The position numbers and the translations under genes are program-made. The notes below the pieces were generated by a model, which was not told the DNA's origin, searched no databases, and saw only the letters and a list, made by a program, of their open reading frames with translations. This document shows, in pieces, positions 52,721 through 64,000 of a stretch of DNA of 64,000 nucleotides. Source of the stretch: Octopus sinensis (Eukaryota); the NCBI RefSeq assembly GCF_006345805.1, contig NC_043005.1, positions 43,214,001 to 43,278,000 of the forward strand, read 5' to 3'. Within the stretch, counting starts at the first letter, position 1. Every line of letters starts with the position of its first letter.

Positions 52721-54028
52721 CCGTTAATTCATTCTCTCTTACCTGTTTGTGTTTGCCTTTCAAATGCTGTGTCTTTACTGTGATCTCCCTTTTAGTAGAA
52801 GAAATAGCTATAATCTCTTTGACTGCTATTTCTAAATTCGGTGTGCGGTAAGGCAATTCGTTGCTAAACCCTTAATTGCTTAGTATTATATATATATATA
52901 TATATATATATGTTGGCTCATCATGGGTAATTCTGTACATCAGAGGTTCAAATCCTGTAGCAACCAGTTTAGGCTTTTATGATAAGAAATGCCTCAATTC
53001 ATAAAATGTTTTAATTTATATACCTCATCTTTATTCATGTTGGGAATTTCTAAAAAGAATGAAATGATGTTACACACAATTAGACTAGACTTTTGTAATA
53101 AGTGAGTAAAAAGAAAAAAAATTCTATGCATCTTCTTCTTTATTCCCTAAATTTCTAATTCAAACTTTTAATTTTGTCCAATGATTATTTCCCTTCTGCA
53201 AACTCTTTGCTAGAATATTCTACATGTTATTCTTGTAGAAATAGAGTGAAAAAACTCTGATGTTATGGGTAATTGTTTACTATTAGAATAGACGCCAAGG
53301 TGTGAATTATTCTGTTCTGACAATTCATATGTTGTTACCCGGAATTAAAGAACATCTTATTTCAAGATGGAGGAATCAATTTAGAAATGTCTATGATGAA
53401 CAACTCATGAAATAAACCAAAAAGTTACTTATGGAAATTTTATGCTTTAAACTGTAACTGAAAATTTCTTATTCTGATAAGTCTTGATGTTGAATTCAAA
53501 ATATACAGCTGAGACATTAATTAATAAAAGTCAAAAGTTTATTTGACCAATCAAATTGAATTTATTTGTCACATTGTTCATTAAATTTGTTTTATTATGA
53601 AAGGTTTGATGGAAGTTGACATGGAATGACATCTAACTTAATCAGAGAAGTGACAACTTGCTATAGAAAATTTACATGGGAAAAATTTTATGCGATGCAT
53701 TTATTTATTGAATTATTTCTGCTTTGAATTTAGATGTTTTATTATTTAATTTATGACATTATAGATAAGTTATAATGAATAGAAAATTGATACGTCTACA
53801 TTAAATTCTTTAATTTCTTTTGACTTACTTTTGGAGAATACACAAAAAAGGATAGATATTGACAGACTGTGAATGAAATGTATGTTTATAACTCTCTAGA
53901 TGAAATTCTAAGTTTAGAGTCTTCTCTATAAACATAATTTCAATAGTTGTTGTGTTAGTTAAGTACTTGTAGACACCTGTTAAAGCTTGATCCTTTTTTT
54001 TTTTTTTGCTATTTTAAATAAGTATCAG

Positions 54029-54234
54029 GACATCCTTGGTTTGTATCAGCTATCTCCTTTGACCCATTACTATTACCATTCTCTCACCAGCACCACCACT
54101 TGTCTGTCCCAAATATTCCAAGGTGGGAGCATTCAAATGGAAGTCAACTGAGTCCTGTTTCACTACGAGTGAGCAATGTTAATAACAGCCCTGATCATGC
54201 ACCAAATGCTACCCTCATATCCTACAATAAGTGA
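54029..54234 (+). CDS. Candidate terminal coding exon of unknown identity (xHPWFVSAISFDPLLLPFSHQHHHLSVPNIPRWEHSNGSQLSPVSLRVSNVNNSPDHAPNATLISYNK*)
   Basis: Poly-T tract followed by 'tatcag|GA CAT CCT TGG', and 67 open codons in locally GC-richer, non-repetitive sequence. No recognisable domain; a decayed retroelement is an alternative explanation. Confidence 0.22.
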
Positions 54235-56710
54235 TTTACCTATTATCAACATTCTTTCACCTGTCCTATTATTTAACTTCCTAGTTTATCTCGGTGCAGT
54301 TCCTCACTTTATTATTATTAAGTAAAAAGAAAAAAACAAAAAAACAAGCAGATATAAATATTCACCATAAGAAATGTTACTATATCTATATTGCTACTTG
54401 TCTGTTGATAAGTATTGATATAGCAATCACTTTCTCTCTTTCACTTCTGACTCTCTTTTCAAGCAAACCATCACCAGCTAGTCTGTGAACTACATATCAC
54501 AGCTTATAGTAATCCTACTCCTTTTATCATCATTCTCTACACGCTCTTTTGTTACATATTATTAAATAGATTTATGTTTTTGTATTATTTCTGATTGCGT
54601 TCCAGTGTTGGAACTTCAAGTTACTTTTGGTTAGCTCCTTATATTTAGCTCTAATTCTAACCTTCCTGTTATTCTTCAAATACTTTTAGCTACCATTTGA
54701 AGTAAAATTTTCTACTAATGTCTTAACTTTATTTTTAACTTATATACTACTAGAAGTCATTTGGCTGACATTATGTTATTTTGCTCAAAGGTTACTTCTA
54801 TTTCAGACAGAGTTTGATTCATTCCTCTATTATGGAGAGATTTCTGAAGGGAAAAAGATAAAAAAAAAACTGATGACTGTTCTAAAATATCAATACAAGT
54901 CATCTTAAGCCAAGGTTTTCCACTTCCATAAAGGCTTAATATACATCAGCATTTCTAACAACAGTTTGCACTTAGTTGACTAACTCTTACCATTTATTTG
55001 GCCAAGTTATTTTCTTTCAGTTCATCTCTTCATTTATTCCTCTGTAGCTCTCCTCACTTGAATAAATTATTGTTTATGAAAAATCATTTCCCTGATATAT
55101 TCATTGTTTATTCTTCATATATATATACGCAACATCATTGCTGTGTACAGTACATGGATTACTATGTAGAAGTAATTGCTAACAAGAAGACAAAATTAAG
55201 CCGGAGATATTATTTAAATTGACTCTGAAGGATGTGTTTGTGGCATTTTACTTTTCACGTTAAATCTTCAAATGAATTCATGGTTCCTAACTCTGATAAC
55301 TAATGCTTTATTTGTTTTAGAAATACATTCCATGCTTTGTGTATCAGATTCTAGTTTCCTTATGCAAAACTATGTCATGTTTGATCTCTGTTGAGTCAAT
55401 AGTTAGTTACAAAGCCACTGTTTCAAAATGATTCTATAGATATTGCAGGAAGCGCTATGTTAGAATGAATGCAATCTATTGACTTTTCTTCATATTTTGT
55501 GTGTCTGCTAGATACCAAGAGAAACCATTCTTATATAACATTATCTTCCGTCTCTCAACCCATTAACAATGCACATCTCAACAGTTATATCTAATAATGT
55601 CTTGGAACCAATCAGAAAGGCATTCAACATATTTCTACTTGCCAATTCAGCATAATTGTTTCTGGGTTACTCTGCTGATTAAGGATGCACATAAAACCTT
55701 AACTAGTGTCAGCCCTTTACAAATGACACATCTATCATGCCCTATATTTTAGAACCTTGTAATGATTGATAGTCAAGACTATACTGTCATCACCATCTCT
55801 CTATGGAGTTCTGTCCTTGCTCAAACTTTTCTATTGATATTCCAAGAATGCCTGCTTCACTGATCTTGGTAATTCTAAATATTTTTCATATAAATTGTTG
55901 CTCTCTCTCTCCCTCTCTCTCTTTGATCTCAGCGAAAATGGTCATACACACCATGATGATGATGACAATGCTACTGCTGATGATGATTCCATCATCATCA
56001 TCATCATCATTTAATGTCCAGTTTCTATGCTGATGAGGGTTGGATTAGTTTGACAGGATCCTGTGGGTTCAAGAACGGCATCATTGCTCCAGGGTCTGCT
56101 GAGGCATTGTTTCTATGGTTGGACACCCTTCTAAATGTCAATGACTTTACACCCTGTAGGGGTTGCTACCAACTCTGGTGAGGCTGCTAGGTGCAGCTCC
56201 CAAGACTATGAACCCCAAGGGATGAGGGTCAACTTTATGTTAGTTGATGAGGGGTTAAGTATAAGAGAAAGTGAGGAGAAGAGCAGGTTTTTGTTATAGA
56301 GGAGCTCCAAAGTTACATACTCTTAGCAGTATGACTGAGACCAATCAGTAGGAGTTTGGAAGAGATAAATTGTTGTGGCAAGGTGTCCATGATTCAAAGT
56401 TTGAGATGAGTAGAGGTGAATGAAAACAGAAGATCCAGGAGTGTAGTGGTGGTGGTGGTGGTGGTAGGGTTTGCAAGAGTGTATGTAAGGAGCAAGTAGT
56501 GGAGGAAACAGGAGAAGGAGAAATTGGCAACAGGTGTGAAAATTGGTTAGAGTTCAAGGACGGATGTATTTACATATATTTATCGAATTTACACATCAAT
56601 GCCCTCACCCCTTCTTAAAGAGGAATTTCTCTCTAATCACATACAAAACAACAAAAAAAAGATACATGCACACATACACATATCTATAGAGAGAGACACC
56701 AAGATGCCAC

Positions 56711-56862
56711 CAGCTTCCTGTCCAGCCACCCAGGGGAAGATATTCTCCTTTCTAATGTATCTGCTGTCCCTGAAATACTGATTTCACTTCTAACACCATC
56801 ATGTGACCCACCTTGACCAATAGCAGCCCATCTCCCAGTAGCCATTTTGAACTTCCTGTCTT
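56711..56862. promoter_or_regulatory. Candidate promoter/enhancer: ETS, TCATGTGA E-box, CCAAT, YY1-like, ETS
   Basis: CAGCTTCCTG at 56711-20, ATCATGTGACC at 56798-808, CCAAT at 56817-21, GCCATTTT at 56841-48 and AACTTCCTGTCTT at 56850-62. Based on motifs only. Confidence 0.4.
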
Positions 56863-57283
56863 CCTTAAGCCAAATCAAACTGTTTTAAATAATATTATAT
56901 ATATATATATATATATATTATAATTTAATAATTGACAATAAAATATTTTTAAATTGCTGTACTCCCTATGATACATAAACAGAATTTTAAGTAGCTTATG
57001 ATTATATGAACCAATAATGGTTATGCACAGTTGTTTCACTATTGAATTTCTGAGTTTTGTTCAATGAAAATATGATCTTTGAATATTTCTAGACTTATAT
57101 GTAGGACTAAAGGGTTAAATTTTAACCTATAAATTAAGTTGATGTGTGCTTTATATTTTATTTACGAATTTAATTCTATAAATGTTCCATTTTTTTTCTT
57201 CAACATCTTCTGGTTTATTAAATCATATTTATATTAGATATTTAATTAGTGTTTAGGAATCTCTTATCAACATATATTTGTTT

Positions 57284-57314
<31 letters not shown>

Positions 57315-57896
57315 CTGTTTTGGGTTTTTTTTCCTTTCTCTTCATTTCTAATACCTAACCAGAGTTTTTATTTTGAAAATGGAATTTCACAAGTAGTAGT
57401 TATTGGTGGTTTAGTAAAACAGGTATTTTTTTTCATTTTGGATTTTTAGAATTTTTTATTTTTTTTATTTTATGTTATTGGATAATGTTTTGGGAGATAT
57501 AGAATCCAGACTCCTGAAGTGAGAATAATGAAGCATTTTTGAAGAGTACATGTGTATATATGTGTGTATCTATCCATAGATATATATGTACATATCCGCA
57601 CACACACACATACGCACACATATGAATATGTGTGTGTGTGGTGCTGTTTATGTCTGCATGTGTGTTTTGTTTTAAGGTCAAAAACATGATAGTTGGCTTG
57701 ACATTTCATTTTACTTGTTCAGTCTTGACCAACAGTAACCTTCTGTATTAATTGTTCTGCTGGGGAGTGATCAGTATAAACATAATTTCACCATTGTATT
57801 TCTCACAAAGACACTGATTTCTCTTTACCTCATACACTGATTGTGGCTTACCTTAAGCTATAGGAATCGTATGCATTAAGGTTGTGTGTGTGTGTT

Positions 57897-57942
<46 letters not shown>

Positions 57943-57944
57943 TA

Positions 57945-58250
57945 TAGGTGCGAGAGTGGCTGCGTAGTAAGAAATTTCGTTTCCCAACTACATGGTTCTC
58001 GGCTCAGTCCCATTCTGTGGCACCTCAGGCTGACCAAAGGCTTTTGAGTGGATTTATCATAATCATCATCGTTTAACGTCCGCTTTCCATGCTAGCATGG
58101 GTTGGACGATTTGACTGAGGTCTGGGAAGCCAGAAGGCTGCACCAGACTCCAATCTGATCTTGCAGAGTTTCTACAGCTGGATGCCCTTCCTAACGCCAA
58201 CCACTCCGAGAGTGTAGTGGTACTGGAAAACTGAAAGAAACCTGTTGTGT
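57945..58250 (+). mobile_element. SINE family A copy interrupted by a young family C copy (~58061-58220, minus strand)
   Basis: Family A breaks at 'gtggattt' and resumes at 'tactggaaaactgaaagaaacc'. The insert reads 'atcatcatcgtttaacgtccgctttccatgctagcatgggttgg...gagagtgtagtgg'. Confidence 0.85.
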
Positions 58251-58313
58251 GTGTGTGTATACATGTATATATATATATATATATATTTATATATAAGCAT
58301 GCATTGTTAGTGT

Positions 58314-58347
<34 letters not shown>

Positions 58348-58829
58348 CTTTGTCCATGATGATTTTAACTCTCAGTATGTGTATACATTCATGTGTGTCA
58401 GTAAATGTAATTATGTGTTTCCATGCATGCGAATGTGTGTTTACATTAACTAATATTTAAAATTTCTTGTAATATCTATCAACATAAAATAAATCAATAT
58501 ATATGAATTTAGTTATTAGCAATCTGCATGTCCATTATAAAGTAGAATTATAACTTTCTTACTCAGCACTTAATGTTAGATTTTCAGTTTTAGATGTGAA
58601 TTTTATTCCAAATTCTCTGATCCCCGCCAAATCTTAGCTTAGTAGACAACATGTATGATTTTTTTTTTTGGGAAATGTGATTTAAAATTCCTTCATATTC
58701 AAAATATAACATTTGTTTTAAAAGAAGGCCTTAGTAAGCAATTATCACACAAAATTATATTCATTTTTTATATTTTGTCTAGTAGTTATGCACAAATGTA
58801 CAGTTTCCCATATAAATTGGTTTAAGATT

Positions 58830-59270
58830 TTGGCACAAGGCCAGCAATTTCAGGGTGGTGGGGTAAGTCAACTACATCGGCCTCAGTACTCAACTAAGCG
58901 CTACTTATTTTATCAACCCTAAAAGTTTGAAAGGCAACATCAACCTTGGCAGAATTTGAACTGGGAATGTAAAGACGGATGAGATATTATTAAGCATTTT
59001 GCTCAGCATGTTAACGATGCTGCCAGCTCACTGCCTTATCACTACTTGTAATTTAGTTTCAAACTTTGGTGCAAGGCCAGCAACTTTGAGGGAAGGGATA
59101 AGTCGATTACACCAACCTTAGTGCTCTACTGGTACTTATTTTATCAACCCCGAAAGGATGAAAGGCACAGTTGACCTAGGTAGAATTTGAACTCAGAATG
59201 TAAAGACAGATGAAATGCCACTAAGCATTTTTGCCTGGCATGCTTATAATTCTCCTAGCTTGCCATCTTA
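58830..59270 (+). mobile_element. Two tandem older SINE family B copies in the same orientation as 5430-5880 (antisense to the B head)
   Basis: 'ggcacaaggccagcaattt...gaaaggca..tcaaccttggcagaatttgaact...taagcattt' occurs twice. It reads like 5665-5870, so the SINE head itself is on the minus strand. Confidence 0.75.
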
Positions 59271-59304
59271 GTTTCACACACACATACACACATGTATGTA
59301 TATT

Positions 59305-59340
<36 letters not shown>

Positions 59341-59573
59341 GTTGCTGAATACTGTTGGTTTATTCAGTGTATATTGCCTTTGCCTGAACAATGTGACAAC
59401 TTACACATTGGGTTGTTGTGTAAGTAACCGTGTATTCCACAGGCACACTATACCTTTAAGATAATACTTGAATGTTTTACAGTTGCAGGTAGAGTCTAAC
59501 AGGTTTCCACGCAGTTTTTTCGTGATTTAATTTCTCTCACAAGACTTGGATTGACCTGAGACTATAGTAGATA

Positions 59574-59803
59574 GGCGGCGAGCTGGTAGAAACGTTAGCA
59601 CGCCAGGCGAAATTCGTAGCCGTATTTCGTCTGTCGTTACGTTCCGAGTTCAAATTCCGCCGAGGTCGACTTTGCCTTTCATCCTTTCGGGGTCGATAAA
59701 TTAAGTACCAGTTATGCACTGGGGTCGATGTAGTCGACTTAATCCTTTGTCTGTCCTTGTTTGTCCCCTCTGTGTTTAGCCCCTTGTGGGTAGTAAAGAA
59801 ATA
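59574..59803 (+). mobile_element. Young SINE family B nested in a family A remnant, with an 11-12-bp TSD
   Basis: TATAGTAGATA(G) at 59563-59574 and 59804-59815. The empty site restores the family A sequence 'gacctgagactatagtagatagcacttgctcaagg'. Confidence 0.95.
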
Positions 59804-61832
59804 TATAGTAGATAGCACTTGCTCAAGGTATACTGCACTTGCTCAACTATTTAGCTACACCTGCTTGCTTCTAATTTACTATTTGGCCTCACCTGTTCTT
59901 TTTATTTATTTATTTGGGGTGGGATGAAGCTTAGTCACAAGTGGATGAGAAGCGTCTTCTGAGATTTTTCTATGCCTCAAAGACAAGTGAAAGTCTGTCT
60001 GGGGCACTAACTCAAACGTTTACAGTGGAAGACCTCTGTTCAGAGCAAAACAAGAACTAGGTGGTAGTGATAAATAAGGACCAGGCAGCGGTGGTAAATT
60101 TGTCAAGGAATTCAGTCTTTTAATTGTTTCCAGAGTTTTCATTACCCAATTTTACTTACAAGGATTTCGTTGACCCAAGTTCACAATAGAGAACACTTAA
60201 CCAAAATGCTGATCTGTGAAGGAAATTTCTTAATCATATTCAACAGACACACTCGCACACACACACACATGCATGCGCATGCGCAGGCCAATAAAAAGAG
60301 CAATCTTACATAATGTACTGGAGTTTTAAATAGAATAGGAACTATTGATAACATGGTCATAACTTAAAATATCTCTGCATATAGTTTGATGCACTTATGA
60401 ATGGGCCACATAAATCTATTTGCTCCAGCTTGCTTAACTGACCAAACAGGTTTCACTCTTACTTTACAGTTGAGTGTTTAACTATGACTAGCATCCAGCT
60501 GTAAAGTAAATTCCACTCAAAGGAACCATCTCCTCCATAATAGCATGGAGAAATAAATGTAAAACTTGATATAAATAGCCATGTGAATCATATTTTTGTT
60601 CGCACTTGGATGATATAGATGTGGATAAGACAATGACTGATGATGTCAAGAAGCACCTTAATACTGAACCTTATGGTGAACCTGAATGGAAAATCCCATC
60701 ATGAAGGATTCTGTATTGCTGAGAAATCATCAGTGATGTAAAATAAACGTCAGTGAAAATAGATGGTGTCTATACAAAGTGTAGTTACAATAACAAAATG
60801 TTTTAAATATAATTTTGAAATTATTGCCCTCAGGATAATGTTTTATTGTGCAGTAGTTCAAGTGGCCCTTACACTCGATGGAGTTTATTTAAACTGCTCA
60901 AGCAAGAAACTACTTGATATATCTTTGCCGAACACAAAAGAAATCTAGATATAATGGTTCAATTGTGTGCTGCAAACGATTGGCCACAATTAAGAAATGA
61001 GTTGGCTGCTTCATAGAACCAGATCTGGCTCAAGGAGAATTCATTATAATAAATATTTACTAGAATTATTAATCCTCAAAGAAATCTAAATTCAAAGAGT
61101 GTTGAACATTTTCAGAATTTCTTTTTTCTTTAGAAGACGCACACTCACTGAAAATATAATTTCTTTCCTCTGGTGCTCTTTCATTCCATAAATAATAGTT
61201 CAAAGAAGTCTTGAGGAAACCAAGAAACAATGATCTTAGACTTATGCTTGGATTACATTAATTAAATAATGCAGGCATATTTTCTTCAATAAACGTTTGC
61301 AACTTTTAATCAGTTCTCTAGTCGGTGAAATGGTAGATGCCTAGACTTGGGAATTTACAGCTTTTAGTTTTTTTCTCTCTTCATTCTGGGGTTGGTTTCA
61401 CCTTTCAAAACCTCTGAAGTTAATAAAATATGTATTGATAGTTGGGAGATCAATAAAATAACAGCTGTCCATTAAAATCAATGCCTTAGAAATTTGTGAC
61501 ATTATGTCAAAGCTAAAAATCATCATTAGCCCTGTACACTGAAAGAAGAGTGTAAAAAGGAGGTGTGGGGAGAAGAAACAAAGATGGTCAAATATTCTTC
61601 CGGTATTTATTTTTACCCCCTCAATGTTCTAAGTCTTTTAATTCATACACTGCATTAATGCTTATAGAACTGAATTGTTGATGAAAGGTCACAAGTTCAA
61701 AGTCTCTTACCAGCAGAGTAATGTGTGAGTGTGTTTGTGTGTAAGAGGGATTAGTCTACTTAACTCTTATACCATGCTTTATGGTAAGATCCTCTCATTC
61801 CACCTATGTTTTCAATCATAGAAACATCCATT

Positions 61833-61863
<31 letters not shown>

Positions 61864-62581
61864 ACATCTCTGCTTTCATATATCAGGATGAATTGAACAA
61901 GACATTTTTCAGGCTGTATTTTATGGCTAAATGCTGTTCTTGGTTGCTATTTTTGTGATGAGGTTTATAAATTAGGAATTAAAATAAAATAATGGCTTTG
62001 AATTTTGGCACAAGGCCAGCAATCTTACTGGGAGAAGGTTTGGCACTTACACTGACCTTCCCTCCCTATTCCCTGTGCTTAACGGGAACATATCTTATCA
62101 GCCCCTAAAGGTAACCTTGGTTAAATTTGAACTCAGAACAATAAAGAGTTGAAAGAAATGTCGTTAAAAATAATGAAACAAGATGAAAAAAAAAATTGAA
62201 GCCTATTTGAAACAGGATAGGATAACTTTTAAAGCTTGACAACAATTGACTGTGTAAAATAACAGATATTTAACAAAAATTTAACTATGAACCCTTTTGT
62301 TACCAACCCAGTTGAAACCAGCTCTGGCTTTGAATACAAATGTCTTGTTTTCATAAGTTTTGAATTAAAATCTTCCACCAATCTTAGTCACAATTTATAT
62401 TCCTAACACTAACTGAATGATAACGTTATTTTACTAAATTCTTTATCATATTTAAAGTAATTGGAAGAAACACAGCATCTCAACAGAAATACAGTAATGA
62501 AAGAGTTAAAATATGATTATCAGAAAACTAAAGATTTGTAAATTTTAACGACTTAGCATAGTATTTAAAATTTATTTATAT

Positions 62582-63010
62582 GGAGACACAAGCATGGCTA
62601 TGTAATAAGTAGCTTGCTTCCCAACTACATGGTTCCATGCTCAGTCCCACTGCGTGATACCTTGGGCAAGTGTCTTCAACTATAACCTCAGGCTGACCAA
62701 AGCCTTGTGAGTGGGTATGGTAGACAGAAACTGAAAGAAGCTCATCATATATATATATATATATATACATTGTGTGTGTGTATGTATTGCTTTGTGTCTG
62801 TTTGTCCCCCACCATCGCTTGACAACCGATGTTGGTGTGTTTACATCCCATGATTAGCAGTTTGGTACAAAAGATAAATAGAATAAGTAGCTGGCGTCAG
62901 AAAAAATAAAAATAAAAGAAGTACTGGTGTCAATTCATTCAACTAAAGATTCTTCAAGGTGGTGCCCCATCATGGGCCGTAGTCTAATGATTGAGACAAG
63001 TAAAAGATAG
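62582..63010 (+). mobile_element. Full-length SINE family A copy
   Basis: Colinear with 411-807 from head to the 'gagacaagtaaaaga' tail. Confidence 0.85.
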
Positions 63011-64000
63011 TAAAAATAAATGATCTTCCCTTGAGTGTTTATTCTGTAGCAATAGTTTGACGCTCAAGTATAAACTCATAGTCATTTTCTGTGTGTATAT
63101 GCGTGCTGTTGTCTGAACTGGAAGTAAGTATTTCTGCTATCCCTCTAACCACCTCTGACCCCATTGCTATTGGAGTACTCTCTCTCTCTCTCTCTCTCTT
63201 ACTAATGTCTCTGATTAGCTTTAATTAATTGGTATCCTTGATGGCCTGGTACCTTACCTAACCATACACACCCTATCACTCACTGACTATTTCCTTCCTG
63301 ACCTTCGTTCGCATTGGAGAATGGAGTGACTGGTACAAAACTTCCCATTCATTTTCTACTGCCTGTTCCTTCTGTCCTAGCTACAACTTAGTAGCTAGCT
63401 CTTCATTGCTTCGCCTGTAAAGGTGTTACTAATCTACACTCATTGACATTTTCTTGGTAATTTTCTCCTCACCATATCAGAGCAGTCTTTAATCGAAAAG
63501 ATAGTTTTAGTGTCAGAGGAAGTAAGGGGTTGATCAACTTGAAGCCAGCCAGCCAAATAGTCATTGACAGTGCAAGGTAACTATGTCGTTCCCTAGATTC
63601 TAAATATTGAATAAGTAGCAGCAATTGAGATAAAATGGACACTTCTTATTTTCGTATCTTTTACTTGTTGCAGTCATTAGCCCACGGCCATGCTGGGGCA
63701 CTGCCTTGAAGAATTCTTAGTCAAATAAATCAGCCTAAGGACTTATTTCTTTTTAAAGTCTGATACTTATCCTATTGGTCTCTTTTGCTGAACCACTAAG
63801 TTACAGGGACTAACATACCCACAAACATACATACATCCCTGCATATATATATATATTTCATCAGTAACTCATAAATTCAAAAGCAAAGCAGACTCTAAGT
63901 TACAGAGCAGTCAAATAATTAGATAAAGATAATTATGACTGGCCTATGGGGTCACCCTGGGTTTCACATCCATAAAGCATTTAGCCTTTTAGTTTTTCTT

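Noticed and set aside
52796-52847. 52-nt exon-like segment (ttttAG|TAGAAG...GTGCG|GTAAGG; EEIAIISLTAISKFGVR)
   Set aside because: It overlaps hairpins of the hammerhead-associated structured segment, is not frame-preserving, and no phase-compatible partner exon was found. It is more simply explained as part of that element, though RNA-seq could overturn this.
56030-56045. CTGATGAG motif
   Set aside because: It lies inside a mutated family C repeat ('ctagcatgggttgg' position), with no GAAA or stems.
60579-60704. Acidic 41-codon frame (…HLDDIDVDKTMTDDVKKHLNTEPYGEPEWKIPS*)
   Set aside because: The acceptor is poor and the frame is short. It may be a pogo/Tigger relic, but neither that nor a host exon can be supported from sequence alone.

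Overview
AT-rich eukaryotic DNA, densely covered with microsatellites ((CA)n, (TA)n, (GA)n, (ATT)n) and several tRNA-derived SINE families. The repeat content matches what I recognise as an octopus (coleoid cephalopod) genome; this is an inference, not a database result. I cannot confidently identify any host protein-coding gene. The window looks intronic or intergenic, and nearly all ORFs in the supplied track are microsatellite or SINE read-throughs. Supported features are dozens of SINE copies (several nested, with target-site duplications), hAT, mariner and TTAA-type MITEs, a long-TIR foldback element, a 3' fragment of an L1/Tx1-like LINE, and two tandem arrays: 9 x ~190 bp built from a SINE head, and 4 x 82 bp. 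The most interesting signal is a set of hammerhead ribozyme (HHR) motifs. One is an apparently intact type I HHR at 52604-52695 (+) with an unusually long stem II and a palindromic stem III, inside a heavily structured segment. A second, unrelated type I HHR at 32462-32525 (-) carries a single core substitution and has a partial sibling at the window end. There is also a minimal Penelope-type HHR at 14457-14492 (-) and a further relic at 22703-22743. Weaker leads are two candidate cis-regulatory modules that share three exact ETS/E-box words, and two candidate microexons.
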